From Patescibacteria group bacterium (GTDB lineage: Bacteria; Patescibacteriota; Microgenomatia; UBA1406), in assembly GCA_041665145.1 (NCBI GenBank), contig JBAYJK010000002.1, forward strand, positions 104,339 through 168,338: a DNA stretch of 64,000 nucleotides, given 5' to 3'. The translations under genes were made by a program, and so were the position numbers. A model generated the notes under the pieces. The model saw only the letters and a list, made by a program, of their open reading frames with translations. It made no database searches and was not told the origin of the DNA. Positions 1-7,627 of the stretch are shown here, one piece after another. Position 1 is the first letter of the stretch, and the number at the start of each line of letters is the position of its first letter.

Positions 1-4
1 ATGT

Positions 5-931
5 CTATTCCACGAATGAATCCATCTGCCGCAGCATATATTCCCCGCCCGAACCCAAAAATCCTGCCCTAATCCTGTTGAGAAAGAATATGTTTGAATA
101 GGATTGTTCTGAGCCGTGAATAACCGAAACCGCAGCGGAATAACTTGCTTCTTTCACCAGTCGGGCATCATCTTCATTAAACGCCCCGAATGGATACGCG
201 AATGTTTTTATGGGTTGACCGATGAGTTTCTCCAAATACAATTTACTTTCGGTTACCTGTTCGCGCACTGCCGGCTTGGCCATTCCCTTCAAGTATGCAT
301 GATCAAGGGTATGTGAGCCTATTTCCACATATTTGCTCTTGGACAGAATCTTCACCTGATTCTCGGTAAGAAATCCCTTTCTCCCTAAAAAATTAGTTAT
401 CACATATACAGTACCTTTGACTTTATATTTTTCCAAAAGCGGAAACGCGTCGGTATAAAAATCTTCATAACCGTCATCGAATGTTAAAATTGCGCTTTTA
501 GTTGAATATGGAATACGTCCGTCAAAAATATCCGTTATTTCCTTGGCGAAGTATGTTTTATATCCATTTTCCGTCAAAGTTTTCAGCTGTTGTTCAAACA
601 TATACGGGTTAATATCAAGACTTTTCCTGATGTAGTCACCCTCATCTTTTACATACTCAACATAGTGATACATGATGATGGGAATTTTGTATTTGATTAA
701 ACGTCGGGCAGCTGTTTCCGATGCTCTGATTCTTCTTTCTAACGCAATTATCTCAGGAGATTTTATTACATCATTCTTCTGATAATCCGGAGGAAGAATA
801 TAGCGGGAATTTTTGTTTTTAAAGGTTGTATAGACAAACAACCCGATTATAAGGATAAAAGCGCTCGTAGCAAGGCCTAAAAAGAATTCCCTATTACGAT
901 GCTCCGCTAATCGAGAATGAGATTTCGACAT
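5..931 (-). CDS. Polysaccharide deacetylase (NodB-homology domain) with N-terminal membrane anchor
   Basis: ORF 5..949. NodB-type motifs ILTFDDGYEDFY and GSHTLDHAYL. Hydrophobic helix FFLGLATSAFILIIGLFVY. ATG at 929-931 preferred over the GTG at 947-949. Confidence 0.8.
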   Translation of the reverse strand: MSKSHSRLAEHRNREFFLGLATSAFILIIGLFVYTTFKNKNSRYILPPDYQKNDVIKSPEIIALERRIRASETAARRLIKYKIPIIMYHYVEYVKDEGDYIRKSLDINPYMFEQQLKTLTENGYKTYFAKEITDIFDGRIPYSTKSAILTFDDGYEDFYTDAFPLLEKYKVKGTVYVITNFLGRKGFLTENQVKILSKSKYVEIGSHTLDHAYLKGMAKPAVREQVTESKLYLEKLIGQPIKTFAYPFGAFNEDDARLVKEASYSAAVSVIHGSEQSYSNIFFLNRIRAGFLGSGGEYMLRQMDSFVE

Positions 932-1031
932 AGTTATAAGGCTAGCCACCCTTCGCCAAGGCTACGGAGTGGCATAAGAAACTGTAAGCTCGTAACATTA
1001 TCACACTCATACTCGCTAACAGTTTCTAATG

Positions 1032-1103
1032 TGCGGCTACTCAGAATTGAACTGAGATCAGAGGTTCCGCAAACCCCTATTCTATCCGTTGAACTATAGC
1101 CGC
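1032..1103 (-). tRNA. tRNA-Arg (anticodon GCG)
   Basis: Hand-folded cloverleaf: acceptor GCGGCTA/TAGCCGC, D stem GTTC/GAAT, anticodon stem GGGGT/ACCTC, loop TTGCGGA, T arm CTCAG-TTCAATT-CTGAG, discriminator A. CCA is not encoded. Confidence 0.8.
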
Positions 1104-1114
1104 AGTACCATACA

Positions 1115-1142
1115 AGTATACCGCACAGGATTCATATTTCAA
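1115..1142 (-). promoter_or_regulatory. Candidate sigma70-type promoter for tRNA-Arg
   Basis: Minus strand reads TTGAAA-16 nt-TATACT, ending 11 nt before the tRNA 5' end. Confidence 0.4.
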
Positions 1143-1283
1143 AATTCAAAACTCAAATCCACAAATGTCAAATCAAATTCAAATAACAAATTTCACAAAT
1201 CTCAAAACGTTTGAAACTTTGACATTTGAATTTTGAGCTTGATTTGTGGATTTGTCTATTTGAGCTTTGAGTTTTAGTTCGGA
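1130..1283. repeat. Intergenic hairpin spacer built from about 7-nt words (CAAAATT / AATTTTG family)
   Basis: Left arm caaaattcaaaactcaaatccacaaatgtcaaatcaaattcaaataacaaat. Right arm tttgaattttgagcttgatttgtggatttgtctatttgagctttgagtttt, which is imperfectly complementary (tccacaaat/atttgtgga). A 39-nt stretch is 36/39 identical to the 16S insert at 47560-47600. Confidence 0.6.
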
Positions 1284-1284
1284 T

Positions 1285-2913
1285 TTATTCTTCGAATGCC
1301 TTTATTCCCATCTTCCCTGCCTTCTCGGCTATTTTCTGAAACGCCGCCAAACGTTCAAGCTTGTAGCTATTGTAGTCGACGAATTTGAATGCATACTTGC
1401 CGACCAACGGATGTTTCTTGACTATCGCTTTTGCGATTTCCTGTGCGAGATACCGATAGGAGGAATGTCCTTGCGGGCCACTTCTTAATTCGGTTAAATG
1501 GATTGCTTCTCGAAGATTCATGCGCATCATATACCGAATCCGGTATCCCATCGGGACAACATACTGAGCTTCGTGGGGCATCGTACGGGCTATCTTTCGA
1601 TAAAGACCGTCAACACGTTCCATTGCATCTATGTATAATTTCTTCAGCTTCGGAAATGCGTTAAGTTCGACGGGAACGTTAAACCCGAGAAGTGTGGTAT
1701 ACGACTCGTGATACTGGGTAAGAACACGGTGCCGCTGCAAGTCATAAAATGCACCGATATCCGAGACAATTTCAAAGCTATAGTTGATTTGTTCAAAACC
1801 GCGTAATGCCTTGTGATGACGGTTCTCTCGTCTCCGAGTTGCTTGCTCAAGAATGCCTGTTTTTCTTTTTTCGGAGAGAGCTTTCACTTTCAAGAACAAT
1901 CGCTCCCACGAAATGTTCGAGTGAGGAAACAACAGGGCCGTAACAACCTTATCAAGTGCCTCTTTTTCTGCTTCAAAGAGAGTTAGTTCATTTCCGACAT
2001 TTTTCGGCAAGCGCTTTATCTCTTTCGTAACTCCGTACCCTTCCATACTTCCGACGGTATCTTTCAGGTATTGGGCAAACTTTACACCGCGTTCGTTATA
2101 CGCCCGGTGGACAAATGCCGGAATCACTTTTGATAATTCTTTGTGCATTGCCAGAGATACAGTCCGCGCTTCCTCAAGAGGAGATGCCGCTAACTTAATT
2201 AAAAGATATTCAAACGCTCTTCCGTTTCCATAGAGACCAACGTTTCGGTGTGCAGCCATCGGTAACAAGTATCGCGCGACATCACATGCTTTTGCTCTGC
2301 ACGAAGCCTTATATGCGATATCGCTGATTGCTTCACTCGGCTTCGGCTCCGAAACTAGTAACTCGTACATCTCGCGGACAATGTGTGAATACGTATCAAA
2401 AAGCATATCGAGCATTTTTTCGTACTCTTTTGCAAAACGAGATTTCATTATGGCTGGCTCCCGATAATAGGTGTACTTATTGTTGACTTTCTTATCAAAG
2501 AAAACATAGCGACTGGATTTTTCCAAGGGAGAAATTCCTACCCGTGCGTCTTCAAGAAGTTTGGCCAAAACACAACTGATGTTTTCGGTCGCAATATGCA
2601 CACCGCCCAATTCTGCAACAGAATCATCGCCATACCCGACGAGTACCCGTTCATAAAACTCCTCCGCCTTCTTGCTATTCACGCCTGACTCGTGACTCGT
2701 GACTCGTGACTCATTCTTAAACATTCCTCCGATTTCCCCATTATAAAATTCATCCAAAAACAGTCTGCGCACGGATTTAGCACTCCTGCTGTAACGGGAA
2801 AACAATGACCCTTTAACTACTTCGGGAAGATTGACAAGACAGAAGGTGTCAGAGTTAATTGAGGTAAAAAAACGCTTGAGAATTTCTTTCTCTTCTGCGG
2901 TGAATTCGCTCAT
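1285..2913 (-). CDS. thyX: FAD-dependent thymidylate synthase ThyX, long (about 540 aa) form
   Basis: ThyX signature RHR-x7-S present as RHRVLTQYHES. Downstream LREAIHLTELRSGPQGHSSYR. Roughly twice the usual ThyX length, so the N-terminal half may be a degenerate second domain. Confidence 0.7.
   Translation of the reverse strand: MSEFTAEEKEILKRFFTSINSDTFCLVNLPEVVKGSLFSRYSRSAKSVRRLFLDEFYNGEIGGMFKNESRVTSHESGVNSKKAEEFYERVLVGYGDDSVAELGGVHIATENISCVLAKLLEDARVGISPLEKSSRYVFFDKKVNNKYTYYREPAIMKSRFAKEYEKMLDMLFDTYSHIVREMYELLVSEPKPSEAISDIAYKASCRAKACDVARYLLPMAAHRNVGLYGNGRAFEYLLIKLAASPLEEARTVSLAMHKELSKVIPAFVHRAYNERGVKFAQYLKDTVGSMEGYGVTKEIKRLPKNVGNELTLFEAEKEALDKVVTALLFPHSNISWERLFLKVKALSEKRKTGILEQATRRRENRHHKALRGFEQINYSFEIVSDIGAFYDLQRHRVLTQYHESYTTLLGFNVPVELNAFPKLKKLYIDAMERVDGLYRKIARTMPHEAQYVVPMGYRIRYMMRMNLREAIHLTELRSGPQGHSSYRYLAQEIAKAIVKKHPLVGKYAFKFVDYNSYKLERLAAFQKIAEKAGKMGIKAFEE
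2686..2712. repeat. In-frame tandem heptamer block (GAGTCAC x3.8 on the coding strand) inside thyX
   Basis: Plus strand tgactcgtgactcgtgactcgtgactc. Encodes ESRVTSHES within MFKNESRVTSHESGVN. Confidence 0.75.
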
Positions 2914-2977
2914 CAGGGGGCATTATACTCGGGCAAAGAAAAAAAGCAAGATAGACAAAAGGAATCAATCTATCGCA

Positions 2978-3180
2978 TAAATTCAAAAATCAAATAGACA
3001 ACCCTCAAGTGAAATTCAAAATTCAAATGTCATCCCCGTGCAAACAAAATCCAGAATGCTTGTCATCCCCGCGGAGGCGGGGATCTAGATTCCATTTCTG
3101 GATTCCCGACTAGCTCGGGAATGACATCCTTTGAATTTTAAGCTTGATTTGTCATTTGTATATTTGAATTTTGAATTTAA
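2978..3180. repeat. Composite hairpin spacer (CAAAATT family arms around two GC-rich palindromic units); copy 1 of a direct repeat
   Basis: Arms aaattcaaaaatcaaatagacaaccctcaagtgaaattcaaaattcaaatgtcat and atgacatcctttgaattttaagcttgatttgtcatttgtatatttgaattttgaattt. Core hairpins catccccgcggaggcggggat and attcccgactagctcgggaat. Positions 2991-3178 repeat at 3863-4023. Confidence 0.6.
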
Positions 3181-3201
3181 CTTTTGTGGTACCATGTACC
3201 C

Positions 3202-3846
3202 ATGGATGAAGGCGGACAGGACGTTGGAACCAGATTACACACAGAAACAGGACTAAAATTAACACTATTAGTAGCAGTGGCTCTTGCACTTGTTGGTTGC
3301 GATGGTGATTTGATTGGCTCGGTTCGAGCAGACATGCTCCCTAAACCAAATACCGACACTACACTACGACTGGCAGAAGGTCCCCTACACTCTTATCCGA
3401 ACCTGCTTACTGTTACCGGACAAAAACAAACAGTGGTCAATGCAACCTGCACGGGTTCAAACGCAGTTCTGGTTGCAGCTGAAGTTGACTCGGGAGTTGG
3501 ACACACATATCGAGCAAGAGTGAATAGCGACAATTTCCTTGATGGTCAAGCAGGAGGAAGCTTTCCTTCTAATCGAGGTATTTTCAAAATGGTAAAAAAT
3601 GGTGATAAGGATCAACCTGTACAAGTATTTGAGGTAGATATAGATTTTCCTAATGCGGTCACGTTTAAAGGCGATGCGTGCACATTCACCATCGGACATG
3701 GTGATGTAGGAAGAGTTGATCCTAAGCGGTCAGCACAACCAGTATCTCAAGTACCCGACTTCTCACCCGCCAAGCAAGTGATAGCAGATGCAGGATTTAC
3801 GCAACCTGCAAAACCTCCGGAATTAATCAAACCCGGAAGAACATAA
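3202..3846 (+). CDS. Putative lipoprotein, unknown function
   Basis: ORF 3184..3846. ATG at 3202. Hydrophobic stretch plus lipobox LTLLVAVALALVGC-DG. No recognisable domain. Confidence 0.5.
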   Translation: MDEGGQDVGTRLHTETGLKLTLLVAVALALVGCDGDLIGSVRADMLPKPNTDTTLRLAEGPLHSYPNLLTVTGQKQTVVNATCTGSNAVLVAAEVDSGVGHTYRARVNSDNFLDGQAGGSFPSNRGIFKMVKNGDKDQPVQVFEVDIDFPNAVTFKGDACTFTIGHGDVGRVDPKRSAQPVSQVPDFSPAKQVIADAGFTQPAKPPELIKPGRT

Positions 3847-3848
3847 CG

Positions 3849-4025
3849 TCAAATTCAACGCTCAAATAGACAACCCTCAAGTGAAATTCAAAATTTAAAT
3901 GTCATCCCCGGAACACAGTACCGGGGATCTAGATACAAGGTTCCTGGATTCCCGACTAGATCGGGAATGACATCCTTTGAATTTTAAGCTTGATTTGTCA
4001 TTTGTATATTTGAATTTTGAATTTA
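3849..4025. repeat. Composite hairpin spacer, copy 2 of the direct repeat
   Basis: caaatagacaaccctcaagtgaaattcaaaat..gtcatccccg..cggggatctagat..ctggattcccgactagatcgggaatgacatcctttgaattttaagcttgatttgtcatttgtatatttgaattttgaattt. Near-identical to 2991-3178 except for the first palindromic unit. Confidence 0.6.
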
Positions 4026-4113
4026 TATATGTATCAGCCTCTGAACCCGAGTTTTGCTCGATTCCAAAGGCTAATACCGCACGAAACTCTGCACGGGATT
4101 AGCTTGATGCATT

Positions 4114-4551
4114 TTACTGCTGTTTCGAGATCCGGTAAATCGGTGTGGTCGTGTCTTTATTCTCCGCATCTTTGTAGAACGGAGAGGTCGCCGTGATTTC
4201 CGGCGCACTCGTCGTGCCCGTCACTTTGACGACTATCCCGTTGGCAAAAGCCCAGTTCGCCAACTCATCGCTACCGCCAGGCCGACTATACTTCGGGGCG
4301 GCCCACTCGTCCTGGAGCTGCGAGTCAGCTGCCAACTTGGTTGAGATGCCGAAGGCCCTGCCTTCGGTGTTCATCTCGTCGCGAAAAACATCTACGACCA
4401 TATGGCACGTAACGTTCGGGACATTCTGCTGCCCTTTCGGCTGACAAGCGTACGTGATGTCAAATCTCGCGACTGGGCCTGCAGCGCCACCGCAGGCCGA
4501 CAACAACACGGACAACAACATAGTCAACAACAAGCTTTTTCCTCGCAACAT
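4114..4551 (-). CDS. Putative lipoprotein (GC-rich island)
   Basis: ORF 4114..4614. Start moved to the ATG at 4551, which is preceded by GAGGAGGAAGATC. Signal peptide plus lipobox MLRGKSLLLTMLLSVLLSAC-GG. Confidence 0.6.
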   Translation of the reverse strand: MLRGKSLLLTMLLSVLLSACGGAAGPVARFDITYACQPKGQQNVPNVTCHMVVDVFRDEMNTEGRAFGISTKLAADSQLQDEWAAPKYSRPGGSDELANWAFANGIVVKVTGTTSAPEITATSPFYKDAENKDTTTPIYRISKQQ

Positions 4552-4783
4552 GATCTTCCTCCTCAAGAAGATTGCCACGCTGAGCGTGGCTATTTTGGGG
4601 TTGTACCGCTCCAATCGGCGGACTGATAAGAATACTAGCCTATAACTTGCGCCCTTGTCAGTCCACCATTGAAGCAGCTCCCAGCTTCTGAGGAGCTTAA
4701 TTTCGTGCGGTATGTTAAAGAACTTATGTGAAAAGTATCGTGCTTATCAAGCAATTTGATAAGTGATACCCCTCACATTACTC

Positions 4784-4812
4784 TTTATAATATAACCTAT
4801 AATATTTGTCAA
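4784..4812 (-). promoter_or_regulatory. Consensus-like promoter with about 225-nt leader for 4114..4551
   Basis: Minus strand TTGACA-17 nt-TATAAA. The leader contains palindrome cttatcaagcaatttgataag (4743-4763), hairpin agctcc..ggagct and hairpin gccacgctgagcgtggc (4574-4590). Confidence 0.45.
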
Positions 4813-4844
4813 GTGGTATTTATACCCTTAATTTTATGTTGATG

Positions 4845-4871
4845 CCGCGGCGACTTTTGAGGTCGCCGCGG
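4845..4871 (-). terminator. GC-rich hairpin just downstream of 4877..5356
   Basis: ccgcggcgac-ttttgag-gtcgccgcgg, a 10-bp perfect stem 6 nt after the stop codon. The U tract on the minus strand is weak. Confidence 0.45.
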
Positions 4872-4876
4872 ACTTC

Positions 4877-5356
4877 TTAGCGGGCAAACACCCGCTCTTT
4901 TGGGTCGCCGTCTACCTCCAACCACCCTTTTTTGAAGGTGATGGTGTATACGTCGAGGTACAATGCTGCGGTCACAACTTGACTGCAGTCATACTCCCCA
5001 ACAAACGTCTGTTTGCCGTCGTCAGATAACTGACGGCAAACCAGCCCTACCCTGTCCCAGTTTTCCACTGTGACGAGGACCGAGTCACCAAACTTAGCGG
5101 TTGAAACAACTAAATAGGCCTGAATGGCCATATTGGGTTTCAACTCCACAGGCTGGTTGTCCCCTGTGTCTGGCGGGACCACTGTTGGGGCAGCAGCAAC
5201 TGTCGCTTCGATGCCCGAAGGCATGTCGTTCGGGGCAAGCGTCGGCATTGCTACCGGACTATTTGCCGTTGGAGCTGCTGTTGGCGCACAAGCTGCGCCC
5301 GCTAGTATAACCGCGAACACCAGGACTACCATCCTGGCTAAGAAATTTCGAGGCAT
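4877..5356 (-). CDS. Putative lipoprotein (GC-rich island)
   Basis: MPRNFLARMVVLVFAVILAGAAC-APT lipobox. SD AAGGAGG lies 6 nt upstream of the ATG. Ala/Pro-rich linker followed by a beta-rich C-terminus. Confidence 0.6.
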   Translation of the reverse strand: MPRNFLARMVVLVFAVILAGAACAPTAAPTANSPVAMPTLAPNDMPSGIEATVAAAPTVVPPDTGDNQPVELKPNMAIQAYLVVSTAKFGDSVLVTVENWDRVGLVCRQLSDDGKQTFVGEYDCSQVVTAALYLDVYTITFKKGWLEVDGDPKERVFAR

Positions 5357-5580
5357 ACAAGCCTCCTTGAAAGATTACTTACAGAACAGGCAGCAATCGC
5401 CTATCCGCAAGCTTTCCTAAGAGATTTCGGTCTCTTACGAAAGCCAGTAAGTATGCATATGTTAATGAACAAAATCCGAGATAAACACTATTGTTATAGT
5501 GTCAAATTGCTAGATTGCTAAAGATGAAACACAACAGTTTAGCAGTTTAACAATGAAATATACATATCAGATGTGTATTA

Positions 5581-5609
5581 AGTATACTTTAGAGCCTATA
5601 GTTTGTCAA
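5581..5609 (-). promoter_or_regulatory. Consensus-like promoter with about 218-nt leader for 4877..5356
   Basis: Minus strand TTGACA-17 nt-TATACT. The leader contains palindrome acactataacaatagtgt. Confidence 0.45.
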
Positions 5610-5628
5610 ATGAAGGGTTGAACCCTTC

Positions 5629-5662
5629 ATAAAGAAAAGGCCCCGCCGTTAGAGGCGGGGCC
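5629..5662 (-). terminator. Intrinsic terminator after 5672..5950
   Basis: Minus strand ggccccgcc-tctaac-ggcggggcc followed by ttttctttat. Confidence 0.6.
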
Positions 5663-5671
5663 CAGAGGCGT

Positions 5672-5950
5672 TCATCGCGGACTGACTGCAATACAGCGGG
5701 CAGACCCGCTGGAAGCATTCATATCCACAACGGCTTCAACGGTAACCAAGCTGAGGTCGCCATCGAAACTGAAACTCGTTCCATCTGACCTGACCGTCAC
5801 GCCATTGACGGTCACGCCGATCGTTTGCACTAGGAGGTCCCCAATGCAAACAACTTTCGTCGGCTCTAATTGCTCTACCGCGACAACGAGCCCTATCAGC
5901 AGGGCCAGGGCGGCTGCTGCAACTAGAACCCTAGAAAAAGTTCTGTTCAT
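5672..5950 (-). CDS. Small secreted or membrane-anchored protein (GC-rich island)
   Basis: 92 aa. N-terminal hydrophobic segment RVLVAAAALALLIGLVVAV. SD-like GGGGGGAG lies upstream of the ATG. Confidence 0.5.
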   Translation of the reverse strand: MNRTFSRVLVAAAALALLIGLVVAVEQLEPTKVVCIGDLLVQTIGVTVNGVTVRSDGTSFSFDGDLSLVTVEAVVDMNASSGSARCIAVSPR

Positions 5951-6060
5951 ATCTCCCCCCTCTCTTTTTAACGATCGCTATAAAAGCAAACTAAGTCTCC
6001 GCAGCAATTTGCGAAGACCTGTTTCCTTTTCATTACTGAAAACTGTATTCTCAATAATCA

Positions 6061-6107
6061 AAAAGAAACCTCAGAGGGCCCTCACTGTCTGTCAACAGCA
6101 AGGGCCC
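6061..6107 (-). terminator. Probable terminator after 6127..6840
   Basis: Minus strand stem gggcccttgctgt / acagtgagggccc, then tctgaggtttctttt. Confidence 0.45.
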
Positions 6108-6126
6108 AGTAAAAAGGAGGAAACAC

Positions 6127-6840
6127 TTACTGCGGCAGGTTGGCGATAATATCGTCGACCGCAGCTTCGACGATATTACTAAACTCACTCCAAACCTGCC
6201 GGAGCATCAACTTGAACTGATCCAGGAGATGTGCGTCGACCCGATCGACGCACGGTCTGGATGTCATAACAAGATCTGTTTCCGGGGTACTGTACCAGTT
6301 GCCCCGAAACCAGAGATCAATTATCATGACCACCGTATTTTCTCCACCGACACAATCGGTGGTCGAGACGCTGACTCGCAGCCCCACCGGCGTACCGGCG
6401 ATCGGGATGGTTTTACTTGTAGCACCCGTTCGGCTCGGCGCCTGGACCAAAGCATCCCAGGGCACTACCCACCCAACCGGGTAGGCCTCAACTTGAACCG
6501 GTTTGTCCAACGATAACGCAACTTCACCTGCCGTCCACCACAGAAGCGCCCGACCAAGTTCGTCGAGCACCAACTTGCCGCTAATCCCAGGGATTGCCAT
6601 TACTTCTCCCCGGGTGACTTTGGGATTGCATTTCCAAAGCAACCCCTGATCGACAAGTTCCGGACCAACACATGTCGGGTCCCCTTTTGGGGCTGAACTG
6701 GCAGGCAAAGCTTCCCGCTGCTTACCACTTGCCACCGGGAGCGGCGTACCGCCTCCAGTCGTTATTGCCTGTGGTGAGCAGGCCGACAGCAAAGCCACCA
6801 ATACTGGAATCAGGATCCAGGGTCCTTTTGAAACACGCAT
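6127..6840 (-). CDS. Putative lipoprotein (GC-rich island)
   Basis: MRVSKGPWILIPVLVALLSAC-SPQ lipobox. SD CAGGAGG lies upstream of the ATG. Confidence 0.6.
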   Translation of the reverse strand: MRVSKGPWILIPVLVALLSACSPQAITTGGGTPLPVASGKQREALPASSAPKGDPTCVGPELVDQGLLWKCNPKVTRGEVMAIPGISGKLVLDELGRALLWWTAGEVALSLDKPVQVEAYPVGWVVPWDALVQAPSRTGATSKTIPIAGTPVGLRVSVSTTDCVGGENTVVMIIDLWFRGNWYSTPETDLVMTSRPCVDRVDAHLLDQFKLMLRQVWSEFSNIVEAAVDDIIANLPQ

Positions 6841-6949
6841 GGCTTATTTCCTCCTGATGTTAAAGATCATTTCAGTTGAACTACCCCGACCAAGCAATTT
6901 TGCGTCGGGATTATTCTTCTGATTTTTTGAAACCCATATCTCAAATAAT

Positions 6950-7003
6950 CAGGAAAATAATATGTAAGGTTCCCGGCCCGAACGTAACGTTCGAGCCGGG
7001 ACC
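6950..7003 (-). terminator. Probable terminator after 7030..7614
   Basis: Long imperfect stem ggtcccggctcgaacg-tta-cgttcgggccgggaacc (minus strand) followed by a T-rich tract ttacatattattttcc. Confidence 0.45.
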
Positions 7004-7029
7004 ATTTCCGGAGAAGATATTCAATTGTC

Positions 7030-7614
7030 TCAGGATGAGACGGCTTTTACCGCCTCCTCGACAAATTCGATCAGGGCCTTTGCCAAGGGCCCTTCGCCGA
7101 ACATCCGGACGACATACTCTTTCAGGTAATCAATGAAACCTTGCCCAGGAAGGCTGCAGTTCGCCGGGTCGTTTCGACCCATGGTGGCAAACACCGTTTG
7201 CCACCGATTCTTCTCCCACACCTCAAGGTGGATACTCGTCATGCACGTGACAGTATCCACCTTGATGGTTGCCCTTGAATCTACTTCAAAAATCTCTTTT
7301 TCAAGGACTTTGGCAGTTTCGGCGGCCACCATTTCCGCTTCTACCGCCGCCAAATCAGCGGCCGCAGCGACCTCGTCCACCTTGATTTCTTGTGCCGGCT
7401 GACCGCTGTCAGTCGGCATAGCGATGGTCAAGACTCCCCCCACCGTCGCCACAGTGAGGGCCAGTTCCACAACCGATACTGCGGCCGCGGTTTCACCTGC
7501 AGCAGTTCCAATTCCAACCGCCAGAGGAAACGTCTGGCAACCCGCCGAGAACACCACCCCGAAAAGCACAAGGGTGGAGACAACAAACCGGGTAATCTTC
7601 AAACCCACATTCAT
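7030..7614 (-). CDS. Putative lipoprotein, paralogue of 7628..8215
   Basis: Lipobox LFGVVFSAGC-Q. A Gly/Ala/Thr/Val-rich hydrophobic stretch (GIGTAAGETAAAVSVVELALTVATVGGVLTIAMPT) follows the lipobox. SD GAGGAGGG. Confidence 0.6.
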   Translation of the reverse strand: MNVGLKITRFVVSTLVLFGVVFSAGCQTFPLAVGIGTAAGETAAAVSVVELALTVATVGGVLTIAMPTDSGQPAQEIKVDEVAAAADLAAVEAEMVAAETAKVLEKEIFEVDSRATIKVDTVTCMTSIHLEVWEKNRWQTVFATMGRNDPANCSLPGQGFIDYLKEYVVRMFGEGPLAKALIEFVEEAVKAVSS

Positions 7615-7627
7615 TTTGCATCCCTCC

